A DNA stretch of 64,000 bases from Tubulanus polymorphus (GCF_964204645.1 NC_134030.1:1409355-1473354); one strand, 5' to 3'. Positions 22,053 to 34,700 are shown, counted from the first letter of the stretch. The notes: generated from the letters alone by a model not told the origin. Numbers and translations: made by a program.

Positions 22053-22109
22053 GTGCCTTGAACGCATGAGTCGTTCATGCGCGCCTAATATGCCTTCACT
22101 GAAAAAAAT
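22029..22109 (+). other. ~35-bp-stem hairpin spanning the stop codon (unit B 53418-53498)
   Basis: tttcagtgaagg-g-atattagg...tgaacg / loop catgagt / cgttca...cctaatat-g-ccttcactgaaa. Confidence 0.8.
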
Positions 22110-22449
22110 CAACTATAACATGTACCACATATTTTTTGATTTAATTTTAGTCCAATTCCACAATTATTTCGGCTTACAATAGTGTCTTCAATTCTTTAAA
22201 GCCCAAAGCACCTTTTTGACTCAACATCCAGTATGAAGGTGGCCGGGAATCGGGCCTGTTTTCTTCCATTTTTGTATCCCGCCCAGCATACTGGTTGTTG
22301 ACTCGAAAAGGTGCTCGCTCTGGGAGCTTATCAAAGGCAGGTGATGGGAAAGGTGCCATCACACACTCTCCTTTGATAAGTTTCCTAGAGTGTCACGGGC
22401 TTTAACGGGTTGAATTCACTATAATACCAATTTTCCAAAATCAATTTAA

Positions 22450-22650
22450 TTTCTTTCAGGCCATTCTTTTTCCATGTTTTTCTGGTACATGTTATGGTTG
22501 ATTTCCATTTTCTAAAATCCGGAATTGAAGCCGTTCGAAGTCGGGGGGATGGTGGTGGGGTTGGGTTAGTTTAGGGTTCCTCTCTGATTACCTTCTTTAG
22601 CTCATCATCCGTGCAGGTGGCGCTTGCTCTTCTAGCCGGTGTTCCCTGGG
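22450..22650 (-). pseudogene. Second, highly degenerate inverted copy of the terminal exon and 3' UTR (unit B ~53840-54040)
   Basis: Minus strand reads gaaggtaatcagagaggaa (gene: gaaggtaatcgggaggaa), RLRTASIPDF (gene: RLRSGTIPDL) and aaatcaaccataacatgtacca (gene 3' UTR ~22106: aaatcaactataacatgtacca). Confidence 0.6.
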
Positions 22651-22699
22651 GTAAACATTTTAAATTTAAAAAATCAAAAATAAAAAAAAAATTATAAAA

Positions 22700-23285
22700 T
22701 CTTTAAAAATCTCATCTCATTTCATCCAATTTATTTATTTGCGGGTGCGATGCCTATCGCACCCATTCATGTCATCCATCAAAAAAAAAATTAAAACTAA
22801 AAACGAAAAAAAATATAAAAATTTAAAAAATCTCATCTCATTTCATCCAATTTATTTGCGGGTGCGATTCCTATCGCACCCATTCATGTCATTCATCCAA
22901 AAAAAATAAAAAACTAAAAACGAAAAAAAAATATAAAAATTAAAAAAATCTCATCTCATTTCATCCAATTTATTTATTTGCGGGTGCGATTCCTATCGCA
23001 CCCATTCATGTCATTCATCCAAAAAAAAATAAAAAACGAAAAACGAAAAAAAAATATTAAAATTAAAAAATCTCATCTCATTTCATCCAATTTATTTATT
23101 TGCGGGTGCGATCCCTATCGCACCCATTCATGTCATTCATCAAAAAAAAATTAAAACTAAAAACGAAAAAAAATTTAAAAATTTAAAAAATCTCATCTCA
23201 TTTCATCCAATTTATTTATTTGCGGGTGCGATTCCTATCGCACCCATTCATGTCATTCATCCAAAAAAAATTTAAAAACTAAAAA
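22700..23285 (+). repeat. ~119-bp A-rich tandem repeat, 5 copies, each with a 9-bp GC hairpin (unit B 54090-54550, 4 copies)
   Basis: gggtgcgat-NNNN-atcgcaccc in every unit. Confidence 0.93.
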
Positions 23286-23544
23286 TTAAAGTTCTAAGTT
23301 TGTTGTTAGATTCTATTCAAAGAACGTTGTAAAGTTCTTAATTTGTCGTAAAAAACGTTTGAAAAAAAGAACTTCTTAAAGTTCTCAATCTGCCGTAAAA
23401 TGCAATTGAAAAGATTATAACTCACATGAAAATTAAAAAGATAAAATAATTGATAAATAATCATTAATAAAAATTGAACTTTGGTCTCGCAATGTTTCCC
23501 CGTTATGCATTTTTTACTCGTCGTCAAACATCGGCAGCTCATAG

Positions 23545-24130
23545 TCGATACTCGCAGCTCGATACACACCAGCAGCTTGTCGTCGATACACACCAGCAGC
23601 TCGATACACACCAGCAGCTTGTCGTCGATACTCACCAGCAGCTCGATTCACACCAGCAGTTCGTCGTTGATACACACCAGCAGTTCGTCGTCGATACACA
23701 CCAGCAGTTCGTCATCGATACACACCAGCAGTTCGTCGTCGATACACACCAGCAGCTCGATACACACCAGCAGTTCGTCATCTATACACACCAGCAGTTT
23801 GTCGTCGATACACACCAGCAGTTCGTCGTCGATACACACCAGCAGTTCGTCGTCGATACACACCAGCAGTTGGATACACACCAGCAGCTCGATACTCAGC
23901 AGCAGTTTGATACACACCAGCAGCTCGTCGATACACACCAGCAGTTCGTCGTCGATACACACCAGAAGCTCGATACACACCAGCAGCTCGTCGTCGATAC
24001 ACACCAGCCGCTCGATACTCACAGCTCGATACACACCAGCAGCTCGTCGATACACACCAGCAGCTCGATACTCACCAGCAGCTCGATACACACCAGCAGC
24101 TCGTCGTCGATACACACCAGCAGCTTGATA
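23545..24130 (+). repeat. 18/21/24-bp minisatellite (unit B 54813-55536, longer)
   Basis: cgatacacaccagcagyt(cgt)0-2 units. Confidence 0.95.
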
Positions 24131-25102
24131 CCAAAACAGCTTTTAGCTGGTGAAAACCTACCCCCCATCGGGGTTAAACATGATCAAGCTATTATTCTAG
24201 GAATATAACTGTTGCAAGGGAAGTTAAGATTCATTATATCCTAAACTTGATACAAAGAGATTATTGCTAATTATGAATTTCAAGGGTTTAAAAACTGATT
24301 TAAAAATCTTGAAAGACGCTCGGTCTCACTAGAGATTTTCATCTTAAAGATTTATTGTCCTCTTACTATTGTTTAGGTGATCTATAATTTGGTAAATGCT
24401 GCTGTTGGAAAGATGCCAGAAGAAAGTTGATTCGTGCACATCTTCACTTCACGTATTTATTGCACAAGGCGCCGACTTGCACCTGCACTACACCATTCAC
24501 ACTTCACCACTTCTGCATCTTTATCAATTAATTCTGGCATCTATTTGAAAATTACTTTAAACATCAGATCTCAAACTGAAACATTGAGGTATTGAATTTC
24601 AAACTGAAATATCGAGCTATCGAATCTCGATCTCAAATGTTTACTGGAAGCCATATTTGATGTTGTATTATTCATCATAGATTGTTTAGTGTTTTCTGGC
24701 ATATGCGGGCCATTTAAGATGGTCAGATAAATTCCCCGGTGGAAAATATATCTCGTGGAAGAGTCATGGAAATGAAAAATATCTTATGTAGATGTGAAGT
24801 TAGGAACCTTGCAACAGTTATTCCACCTGAGGATAATTTGATATAAGATGAATCAGTTATTGGATCATTTAACTGAAGCCAAATATAGTGAAAATCTTAG
24901 TAAAAATTTGTCTCAAACTACAATTGAAAGGACTTATCACAGTTCTAATTCGACTCTAGGTGCGTTCAGAAGAACTTCTTAACAGTGAAAAAACTTGACT
25001 AAAAATCAGGAATCGACCCTGTTCATTGATAAGATTTGATCTTTATTTGAAGATTAAGAATCAAACTCGCTAATTCACAATTTTTGGTAGTAAATACTGT
25101 TG

Positions 25103-25232
25103 ATCCATCATATTCGCAGCCCCCGTGGGCTTATCGATCCATCATACGTGCAGCCCCCGTGGGCTTACCAGTCCATCATACAGCCCCAGTGGGCTTATCA
25201 ATCCATCATACGCGCAGCCCCCTTGGGCTTAT
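25103..25232 (+). repeat. ~33-bp tandem repeat, 4 copies (unit B 56508-56782, 8 copies)
   Basis: atccatcatacgtgcagcccccgtgggcttacc-like units. Confidence 0.9.
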
Positions 25233-25419
25233 CAATGAGAAACATTCAGACATAGTAACCGTTTTACTCGTGCTTTTCAACGACACCGTCTTATCACTCT
25301 GTAGAACGGCGATCGCAGCGTGAAATTTGTAATCGTATTTCTCCGCTGAATTTGAATATTTGATACGCGACGCGCGTGATTGAAGCTTTGTTTATGTTCG
25401 TGCTTGCCGCGATGAATTG

Positions 25420-25704
25420 TCATAAATATATCCTCCGTACAGGAGGACCATGAAAAGGTTTGAAGGGATCCCTAGTTAGCGCTTGTCCAGGTTTGGCTCT
25501 GGACCCGCTTGTTCGACTAGGCATCTTGTTGGAAATTTTGTCGACTGAAACTTCCGTAACTTTCGTTTTAGACCTCGCTGCTCGAAGAGCCGTTGCTGCG
25601 TCGGTTACTGTCATGCTTCGGCACAATTTTGAACGATTGTTGGAAACCGCCTTGTTCTTCTGCTGCAGATGTTGACTGTGTCGTACCCACAGTAAAGTAG
25701 CCAT
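25420..25704 (-). CDS. Possible 94-aa basic hypothetical protein (unit B 56967-57251)
   Basis: True ATG in aagATGg context; protein identical in both units with one synonymous Leu change; no recognisable domain. Confidence 0.3.
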   Translation of the reverse strand: MATLLWVRHSQHLQQKNKAVSNNRSKLCRSMTVTDAATALRAARSKTKVTEVSVDKISNKMPSRTSGSRAKPGQALTRDPFKPFHGPPVRRIYL

Positions 25705-26120
25705 CTTAAATTCAAATAGTTTCGGACATTTGAGGTCCTCATCAACTCCGAGTCTTCATTCAACTGCAGTTACTGCCATTTGCCAGTGTCTGATGTAGAA
25801 GTTCTGACTTGACATTTTGATTTTCAGAATTAAAACCTTTTTTCTATTAAAGAAATTAGATATTGGTCAAAAAGAAATTAGATATTGGTTAAAAAACAAG
25901 TGAATAATTGTTTGTATGAAAAAAGAAAATCATGTTAGAAAAAAATATAGATGTGAAAAAATATAGATGTAAGAAAAAAAAAGTATATTGTAAATCGACG
26001 AGACGACAGAACCAGCATCAGCAACAACAACATCAGAGGAAGCAGTAACCAGTTATTTATCAGCTCCATAAATTACTGAAACGAAATCCACAACTCGGAA
26101 ACCAACCACACTCAACTCTA

Positions 26121-27783
26121 GAATTGTTCATACAACTGTCAACATGGAGTTCATCTCACAAGCAAATTAGGTAATTATCTTATGAAATTGTATGAATTGC
26201 CAATTTAACATTTTTGCATTTCAAGTAGGTGTAATTGAATGTTTGTCAACCTTACTCTTATAAAACTGTGTTAACCGTTGAACAGGATTCTAAGACTGTG
26301 CAGAAAACCCGTTATCGCTGCTTTGCACCTATAATTATCTGATAAATTAGTATGGAATGCCAATTTTACATTTTTGCATTTAAGTTTAAGTGAGTTTAAA
26401 ATCACGTTTCATTTGTTGTTTATTTTGTCTTTTCAGTTTTCAATTTGCCGAGGTCAGTCGTCAAAAACTGTTACAACGGAAACTAAGATAACAAAGACTT
26501 GATTTGGCAAAGATTGAAGAAATCCTGCGAAAAGATTATTCATGAATTGTTCATACAACTGTCAACATGGAGTTCATCTCACAAGCAAATTAGGTCATTA
26601 TCTTATGATTTTGTATGAAATGCTAATTTTTACTCGTTAATTTTTTACAAATAAGTTGACTTTGAAATCTTTATTAATTTCTTGTTTATTTTGTTTTTTC
26701 AGTTTTCAATTTGCCGAGATCAGTCATCAAAAACTGTTACAACGCAAACTAAGATAACAAAGACTTGATTTGGCAAAGATTGAAGAAATCCTGCGAAAAG
26801 CTTATTCATGAATTGTTCATACAACTGTCAACATGGAGTTCATCTCACAAGCAAATTAGGTAGTTATCTTATGATTTTGTATGAAATGCTAATTTTTACT
26901 CGTTAATTTTTTACAAATAAGTTGACTTTGAAATCTTTATTAATTTCTTGTTTATTTTGTTTTTTCAGTTTTCAATTTGCCGAGATCAGTCATCAAAAAC
27001 TGTTACAACGGAAACTAAGATAACAAAGACTTGATTTGGCAAAGATTGAAGAAATCCTGCGAAAAGCTTATTCATGAATTGTTCATACAACTGTCAACAT
27101 GGAGTTCATCTCACAAGCAAATTAGGTAGTTATCTTAGGATTTTGTATGAAATGCTAATTTTTACTCGTTAATTTTTTACAAATAAGTTGACTTTGAAAT
27201 CTTTATTAATTTCTTGTTTATTTTGTTTTTTCAGTTTTCAATTTGCCGAGATCAGTCATAAAAAAACTGTTACAACGGAAACTAAGATAACAAAGACTTG
27301 ATTTGGCAAAGATTGAAGAAATCCTGCGAAGAGATTATTCAAGAATTGTTCATACAACTGTCAACATGGAGTTCATCTCACAAGCAAATTAGGTAATTAT
27401 CTTATGGTTTTGTATGAAATGCTAATTTTACATTTTTGCATTTAAGTTTAAATGAGTTTAAAATCACGTTTCATTTGCTGTTTATTTTGTCTTTTCAGTT
27501 TTCAATTTGCCGAGATCAATCGTCAGAAAACTGTTTCAACGGAAACTAAGATAACAAAGACTTGATTTGGCAAAGATTGAAGAAATCCTGCGAAGAGATT
27601 ATTCAAGAATTGTTCATACAACTGTCAACATGGAGTTCATCTCACAAGCAAATTAGGTAATTATCTTATGATTTTGTATGAAATGCTAAATTTTACTCGT
27701 TATTTTTTTACTAATAAGTTGACTTTGAAATCTTTATTTATTTCTTGTTTATTTTGTCTTTTCAGTTTTGAATTTGCCGAGAT
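26121..27783 (+). repeat. ~266-bp tandem repeat shaped as exon plus intron, 5 full units and partials
   Basis: gaattgttcatacaac at 26121, 26544, 26810, 27076, 27343 and 27607; each unit has ttttcag| and aaattag|GT. Confidence 0.9.
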
Positions 27784-27883
27784 TCACATGTAGCAGATAT
27801 AATGGAATTTAGTATTGAGAACCGCAACTTAACAATAAACCGGATCAACTTAATATAGTGCTGAGGACCAAAAATAAAGGATA

Positions 27884-28640
27884 AACCCGACCAGTGTAAT
27901 TCAGTGTCGAGAACCGCAGTTAAACGATGAACCCGACCAGTGTAATTCAGTGTCGAGAACCGCAGTTAAACGATGAACCCGACCAGTGTAATTCAGTGTC
28001 GAGAACCGCAGTTAAACGATGAACCCGACCAGTGTAATTCAGTGTCGAGAACCGCAGTTAAACGATGAACCCGACCAGTGTAATTCAGTGTCGAGAACCG
28101 CAGTTAAACGATGAACCCGACCAGTGTAATTCAGTATTGAGAACCACAATTAAACGATGAACCGGACCAGTGTAATTCAGTGTCGAGAACCACAATTAAA
28201 CGATGAACCGGACCAGTGTAATTCAGTGTCCAGAGCTGCAGTTAAACAATGAACCGGACCAGTGTAATTCAGTGTCGAGAACTGCAGTTAAACGATGAAC
28301 CCGACCAGTGTAATTCAGTATTGAGAACCACAATTAAACGATGAACCGGACCAGTGTAATTCAGTGTCCAGAGCCGCAGTTAAACAATGAACCGGACCAG
28401 TGTAATTCAGTGTCGAGAACCGCAATTAAACGATGAACCGGACCAGTGTAATTCAGTGTCGAGAACCACAATTAAACGATGAACCGGACCAGTGTAATTC
28501 AGTGTCGAGAACCGCAATTAAACGATGAATCGGACCAGTGTAATTAAGTGTCGAGAACCACAATTAAACGATAAACCGGACCAGTGTAATTCAGTGTCGA
28601 GAACTGTAATTAAACGATGAACCGGATCAGTGTAATTCAG
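27884..28640 (+). repeat. 46-bp tandem array, ~16.5 copies (unit B 59157-59639, ~10.5 copies)
   Basis: Unit aacccgaccagtgtaattcagtgtcgagaaccgcagttaaacgatg. Confidence 0.96.
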
Positions 28641-28847
28641 TTTCGCAATAACCGCAATAAAACGATAATCTGGAGTTGTAATAGTGTTGTGTATTTGCGT
28701 AGTGGATCAAGTGGAAGGATTTTAAGTGTATTTGGTGACTTTAATTCGTTCGCATCCAACAGAATCAACAAAGACATTACAAAAAACGACAAAAAATGAT
28801 TGAATGTAAATGCATTGAATTTAGGTTTGATGATCAAGATAATCACT

Positions 28848-29810
28848 GATCAAGATTGACAGTTATAATCCATAATTGTTGAACTTGATCAGAGATTTTC
28901 AAGATCGATTTTAAGGTGATTCAGAAGTTTAAATCTGATGTTTTAATCTCTGGGACTCAGATATTAAATCAATAGATTTTTACTGCTGAATGATCTTCAT
29001 GTACAGATGAGCTACAATTGTTCCTAGTGTGTTCTGTTAAGACTGATTAAAGGGTGGAAAAACTTGACTCAAATTCAAATTGAGTCGAGTTTTTCCAAGA
29101 TAATCTCTGATCAAGATCAGCAGTTACCGGTATAATCCATAATTGTTGAACTTGATTGGTGATTTTCAAGATCTGTTTTAAGGTGATTCACAAGTTTAAA
29201 TCTAATGTTTTAATCTCTGGGTTCCAGATATTAAATCAATAGATTTTTACAGCTGAATGACCTTCGTGTTCAGATAAGCTACAATTGTTCCTAGTGTGTT
29301 CTGTTAAGAAAGGGTGGAAAAACTTGACCCAAATTCAAATTGAGTCGAGTTTTTCAAAGATAATCTCTGATCAAGATCGGCAGTTATAATCCATAATTGT
29401 TGAACTTGATTGGAGATTTTCGAGAACTGTTTTTAAGGTGATTCAGAAGTGTGAATCTGATGTTTTAATCTCTGGGTTTCAGAGATTAAATCAATAGGTT
29501 TTAACTTCTGAATCACTTCGGGTTTTGGTAAGTTAAAGTGTTTCCTATTGTAATCTGTTAAACTGATTAAAGGGTGGAAAAACTTGATTCAAATTAATAA
29601 TCTGAATCAAGTTTTCCAATGATAATCCGCGATCAAGTTCGGCAGTTATAATTCATAACTGTTGAACTCAATTCACAATTAAATGAACTTTTTTAAGGTG
29701 ATTCAGAAGTATAAATCTGATGTTTTAATCTCTGGGTTTCAGAGATTAAATCAATAGGCTTTACTTCTGAATCACTGTTAGGTTTTGATAAGTTGTAAGT
29801 TGTTCCTATT
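28848..29810 (+). repeat. ~260-bp degenerate tandem repeat, ~4 copies (also 1-530 and 59846-60810)
   Basis: gatcaag...cagtta start motif near 28848, 29109, 29369 and 29631; aaggtgattca...tctctggg in each unit. Confidence 0.88.
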
Positions 29811-31396
29811 GTTTAATGAATTGGTAGAAATTCTATTTTTAGGTGACAGGTCAAATAGATTAGAACAGTAATTTATGCAGAGGTTGAATTAATTTAATGT
29901 TTGATATACCAAAGAATGGTTTATTGTGAAGATTTAATTAAAATCTTAAATAAAGAGTTGTTCAATTTCATAAATGTTTTGTTTTCGATGAAGTTTTTTC
30001 ATTTTCTGGATTTGAGGAATTTGACTTTAAACACATCGGTGGATTCAGCACAGTTCTGTGGACACAGTTTTGGGACCGAGACACAGCTCAAGACCCAGTT
30101 ACAAGTTCAACTGGACTCCATCCCAAAAAACCCTGGGCCCTTCAAACCTTTAAGTAAGATGCTCACTTACAGATTCATAAAATTGACCCTTATTATCTTG
30201 TCATCTGCAGAACCATCTCAAGAGGCTTAAACCAAGAATTTCTTGTAATGTTCAACAAATGTGAATTACATTAAGTAATTTTTGAGATCGACTAACACCA
30301 GTATTGAGTTTTTTCTAAATCACAGTCTACTTATTTTATATTCATCCACGATTTCATAGCTCTTTAACTATTCAACCCTTTCCCTGATGGGCCCTGGCCC
30401 CAATTGCTGAACCCAGTTCTCCAAGTCTAACTTCTGGGTTTAATGGTTTATCAGAGAATTAATGGATTAATTGGAAATAATCTAACAATCAATAAAGTTG
30501 TTCTTTTTTGATACGGGCTAGAAGTTGAGGGGCCCGCGCCCCGGGTTTTCTTTAAAGCTTTTGGCATTATCTAGAAAAACAAGTAAAAATATTAAATCAT
30601 TTGAAAATATATCAGTCAGTCTTATTCTGGTTCAGTGAACTAATTCTCTATATGGTGCATGTAGGGGTCCGGGGACACGACATCCACTAATTCTCTATAT
30701 GGTGCATGTAGGGGTCCGGGGACACGACATCCACTAATTCTCTATATGGTGCATGTAGGGGTCCAGGGACACGACATCCACTAATTCTCTATATGGTGCA
30801 TGTAGGGGTCCAGGGACACCACATCCACTAATTCTCTATATGGTGCATGTAGGGGTCCAGGGACACCACATCCACTAATTCTCTATACGATGCATGTAGG
30901 GGTCCAGGGACACCACATCCACTAATTCTCTATATGGTACGTGTAGGGGTCCAGGAACACCACATCCACTAATTCTCTATACGATGCATGTAGGGGTCCA
31001 GGGACACCACATCCACTAATTCTCTATATGGTGCGTGTAGGGGTCCAGGAACACCACATCCACTAATTCTCTATACGATGCGTGTAGGGGTCCAGGGACA
31101 CCACATCCACTAATTCTCTATATGTCGAGGGAGCTCTATCAATCAAGGAACAGTCGGCTCACAAGCAGCCCCTGCCCAAAAGGTTTTGACATTATATTTT
31201 CAAAAGCTCTAGTTGTTCTGTAGAACCGAGAGCGGAGCTCTGACTTGTTCCCCTCACTGCTGAGGTCTACTTTCTCTGATTCGCTGATTGGCTTCTCTTT
31301 GGTACATTTTAGATGATCAAAAACTAGAAACTGTCATGCGTTTATTCATTTGGGTATATGTTAAAATTCTTTTACAGTAATGGCATATTAGGCACA

Positions 31397-31709
31397 TCAA
31401 AACAAATCCGGAATTGTCCCCGAACGAAGTGGCTCCCTCCACTCTCCATCAGTATGCCGGGCCACCACCTCTACCTCTCGGGCAACTCGATCCCTCGCCA
31501 GCTTTTTGGCGAGTGAACGAGTGACCGCCCGAGATACGGATGGAGAAGCAGGAGGAGCAGGACCCGCACCTGCCCCAGCCCCACCACCATCCCTCTTCGG
31601 CCTCTTCCTATTTATCCCCTCCCCTTCCTCCCGATTACCTTCGTCAGCCGCACCATCCGCCGGGACCACTCTTGCTCCTCCTCCCTGCAGAGCCACGACG
31701 ACCGCAACT
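31397..31709 (-). pseudogene. Inverted terminal-exon paralog, unit B copy
   Basis: Same translation as 2113-2425. Confidence 0.7.
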
Positions 31710-34700
31710 GGTACTTTTCGGTTTCTCATGGTTTCCCCACCATCTTTCAAAAGAGAACTATCAATATATCATTAGCTACAAGGAAATTTTTCAGAAACTT
31801 TTTCAGGTCATTCTTTCTTGTATTATTAGCATTTGATTCTCTATATATCGTCAGAACATGGACTCAGAGTGTTTCTTTAATGGTTAAGAATGTCTCTTTA
31901 ACCAACATCCCCCTAGCCTGCTTCCTACATATCCCTTCCCTTTCCTCCTGATTACCTTTGATCCCCACTGCCTAGCAGCTAACAGCTGCTGCTATTTTAT
32001 CTGGTTTACATGTTTTGCAGATAGTGTCTGTTATGCTATAGTTGTTCTTTTAATCGTTTAACTTCTTCATCTGAAATTTCATTATTCTAATTTCAGTTTC
32101 ACGCAGGAAATGGTTCATGAAAATCTGCATTGAGACTGGGACGAAATGTGCATTGAGACGGATGAAATCTGCATGAACAGAGATATACTTTAAGATCCCC
32201 ATTTTATCCATCGGAGTGAATGTACATCCACTACTCACAGGTAGAAAACCTACAAACGCTAAACACTCATCCCTGGGCCCTGATTCAAAATAAAAAAAAA
32301 AAGATTAAATTAAGAATTAACATTTTTATGAATCAGTGATCAGTTTCATAAAATAATTCCTAAATTAATTTTAGGGGTTTATTATTTCAGATTGAAATGA
32401 ATTCTTCATGTTTATGCAATTCTCATTATCTTTCATTGCAGCATTTATATATTCAATTTTAATCATACATGTGAAATATATAATGTATTTTCAGGGAAAC
32501 GTAAACAAGAAAGGAAGGGAAGAAAGAGAAGGGAAGAAAGAGTTGGATGATTAATGCGCACTTATTCTCCATTCCGAATTCCTGTATTCGACTCTAGGTG
32601 ATCATCATACGAACGAGATATAGAAAAAAACATTACTGAAGTCATCTCTATTTTTTAGTCTCAATTTGTATTTCTAATTCAATTTACTAAGTGTGTAAGT
32701 CATCATTTGGATAAGTCGTCACATTACTGAAGTCATCTCTATTTTTTAGTCTCAATTTGTATTTCTAATTCAATTTACTAAGTGTGTAAGTCATCATTTG
32801 GATAAGTCGTCACATTACTGAAGTCATCTCTATTTTTTAGTCTCAATTTGTATTTCTAATTCAATTCACTAAGTGTGTAAGTCATCATTTGGATAAGTCG
32901 TCACATTATTGAAGTCATCTCTATTTTGAAGTCTCAATTAGTATTCAGTTTACTTCAGATAACGTAATTCGGTTTAATCACAAGTCGTCAACATTATAAT
33001 CAATGTAACTACAGTGACTACATTATTGTCCTTTTATTGAGAAATTTATGTTAATTTTTGATTTCTGGGATAAATCAAAATTCAAATGTTATCATTTTTT
33101 GTATCAAAAATTGTAAAAAATTGAATAATTTGTGTGCTATTGAAACATTCAGTTATGGGGAGTTTTAAGCTCAGAAAACTTTGAGCCTGTTTATACAAGT
33201 GTTGTAACAAGTGTTGAACAATTCAAAGATCATGTTTTTTATACTTTGTCATGTTAGAAAAAATGTTTTCTAGTATATTGATGTTTCTAAAAAAACATAT
33301 GATTCAACTTTAAAAGGCCAAGCCTTCTAATAAAATTAGTTTGTCATATATATATATATATTACTTGGTTATTGTCAAGTTTTTTAAAAAATATTTTGGT
33401 TTTCTCAGCTTTCTCTGGTGGAAATTTCTTCGTGGAATTCCTCTTCTATACAAGTTCCTCCTCAGACTGTTTTTATGCGAGAGTTTATAACAACCGGATC
33501 CTCAGAAAATGGTCGGAGTGCCAAGTCTTCGATTTAAGATCACCAGTCTTATCTGAGACCATAAGTTCACTAGCAAGTTTCACTAGCGATTCCAACAGCT
33601 ATAGGATGGAACAGTATTATTATATAGGTCACCACTGTGCAATTGAGCCCAGATCATCAGAAAAAGATAAAAGTGAAGATATGTGATGGGATTCATTGAA
33701 AATTTTGCATATTTAATTAATTCATTGAACTACTTGATTTGTATGATTTATTTTTTGGGAATTTTCGAATTTGTCATCAATAACTAGTATATATTTCTTT
33801 TCAAGTTGTGAGCGATCTAGTTCTCTGTCGACCCATTGAAAGTGAATCGACTCTGAACTGTAGAACTGGACCCAGGGAGCTGAATCTCGCGTGCCACAGC
33901 AAGATACAGAGCTCTTCAATGTCTTAACCGTCAGGTGCTGCCCCTAAACAAATCAATAGCGGTAAATCTGTGAACTAACTTATAGCTCGCTTGCCAGAGT
34001 AGAATGATAGCGAGCTGTCTAAAATCTTGAACCGTCTAGTGCTGCCCCTTTATCGATATGTATCGGAAAAGTGAATTTATTACTCGCATGCCACAGTAGT
34101 TGAGTAGTTGGAACATCATGATAGACTCGTTTTTCTGTGCAGCTATAACGGGAACTATTTCAGATCTGATAATGAATATAAACTCAGTCACAGTTCGATA
34201 ACAAACGCCGCTGGGTGAAATTGATGTAAACAAATAATCGTGTTGAAATTGAATTTAGTTTAAGATATATTTTCGTGGTAGTTTTTATTTTCAAGCTGTT
34301 TACGTTCACTTCAAATGATGAAACGATGAAACCATATTAAATACATCCCTGTTTTAGTGGGGATTTTGAGTTTTGGTCCTTTCCGTATCTTCTAGAAACA
34401 TCAAGTAGAAAGGCATTAACTGAACCCTATGTCTTTAACTTCAGGAGTCTATATGGAGTTTTCGGATGCCTCTTTTCCTCACTTCTTGCATTCGTCACTA
34501 TTAGAAATCCGGACAAACTGAATTCAGTTCGACGAGGCCGAAGAACAGAAGATCTGCACTAGCCGCAGGGTTCGTGTTGGCTTGGATCGGTGGGAGGCAA
34601 TCAAACCCCGACACGTGAAGATGTATCCTCAAAAATGGATACCGGAACGCTTCTCTGGTTTACGATGATTAGTCTGCAGGGATAACTCTTTGGCGGGGCG

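Larger units (their letters stand above)
1216..30499 (+). repeat. ~30-kb tandem unit A (29,284 bp)
   Basis: Colinear with 30500-61495; ORF track duplicated (e.g. 2113 vs 31397, 21717 vs 53106). Identical junction aataaagtt|gttcttttttgatacgggc at 1215/1216 and 30499/30500. Confidence 0.95.

Noticed and set aside
1216-30499. Unit as an autonomous giant element (Polinton, Helitron or endogenous virus)
   Set aside because: No polymerase, RepHel, integrase, capsid or other long non-repetitive ORF; only a dead intronic RT.
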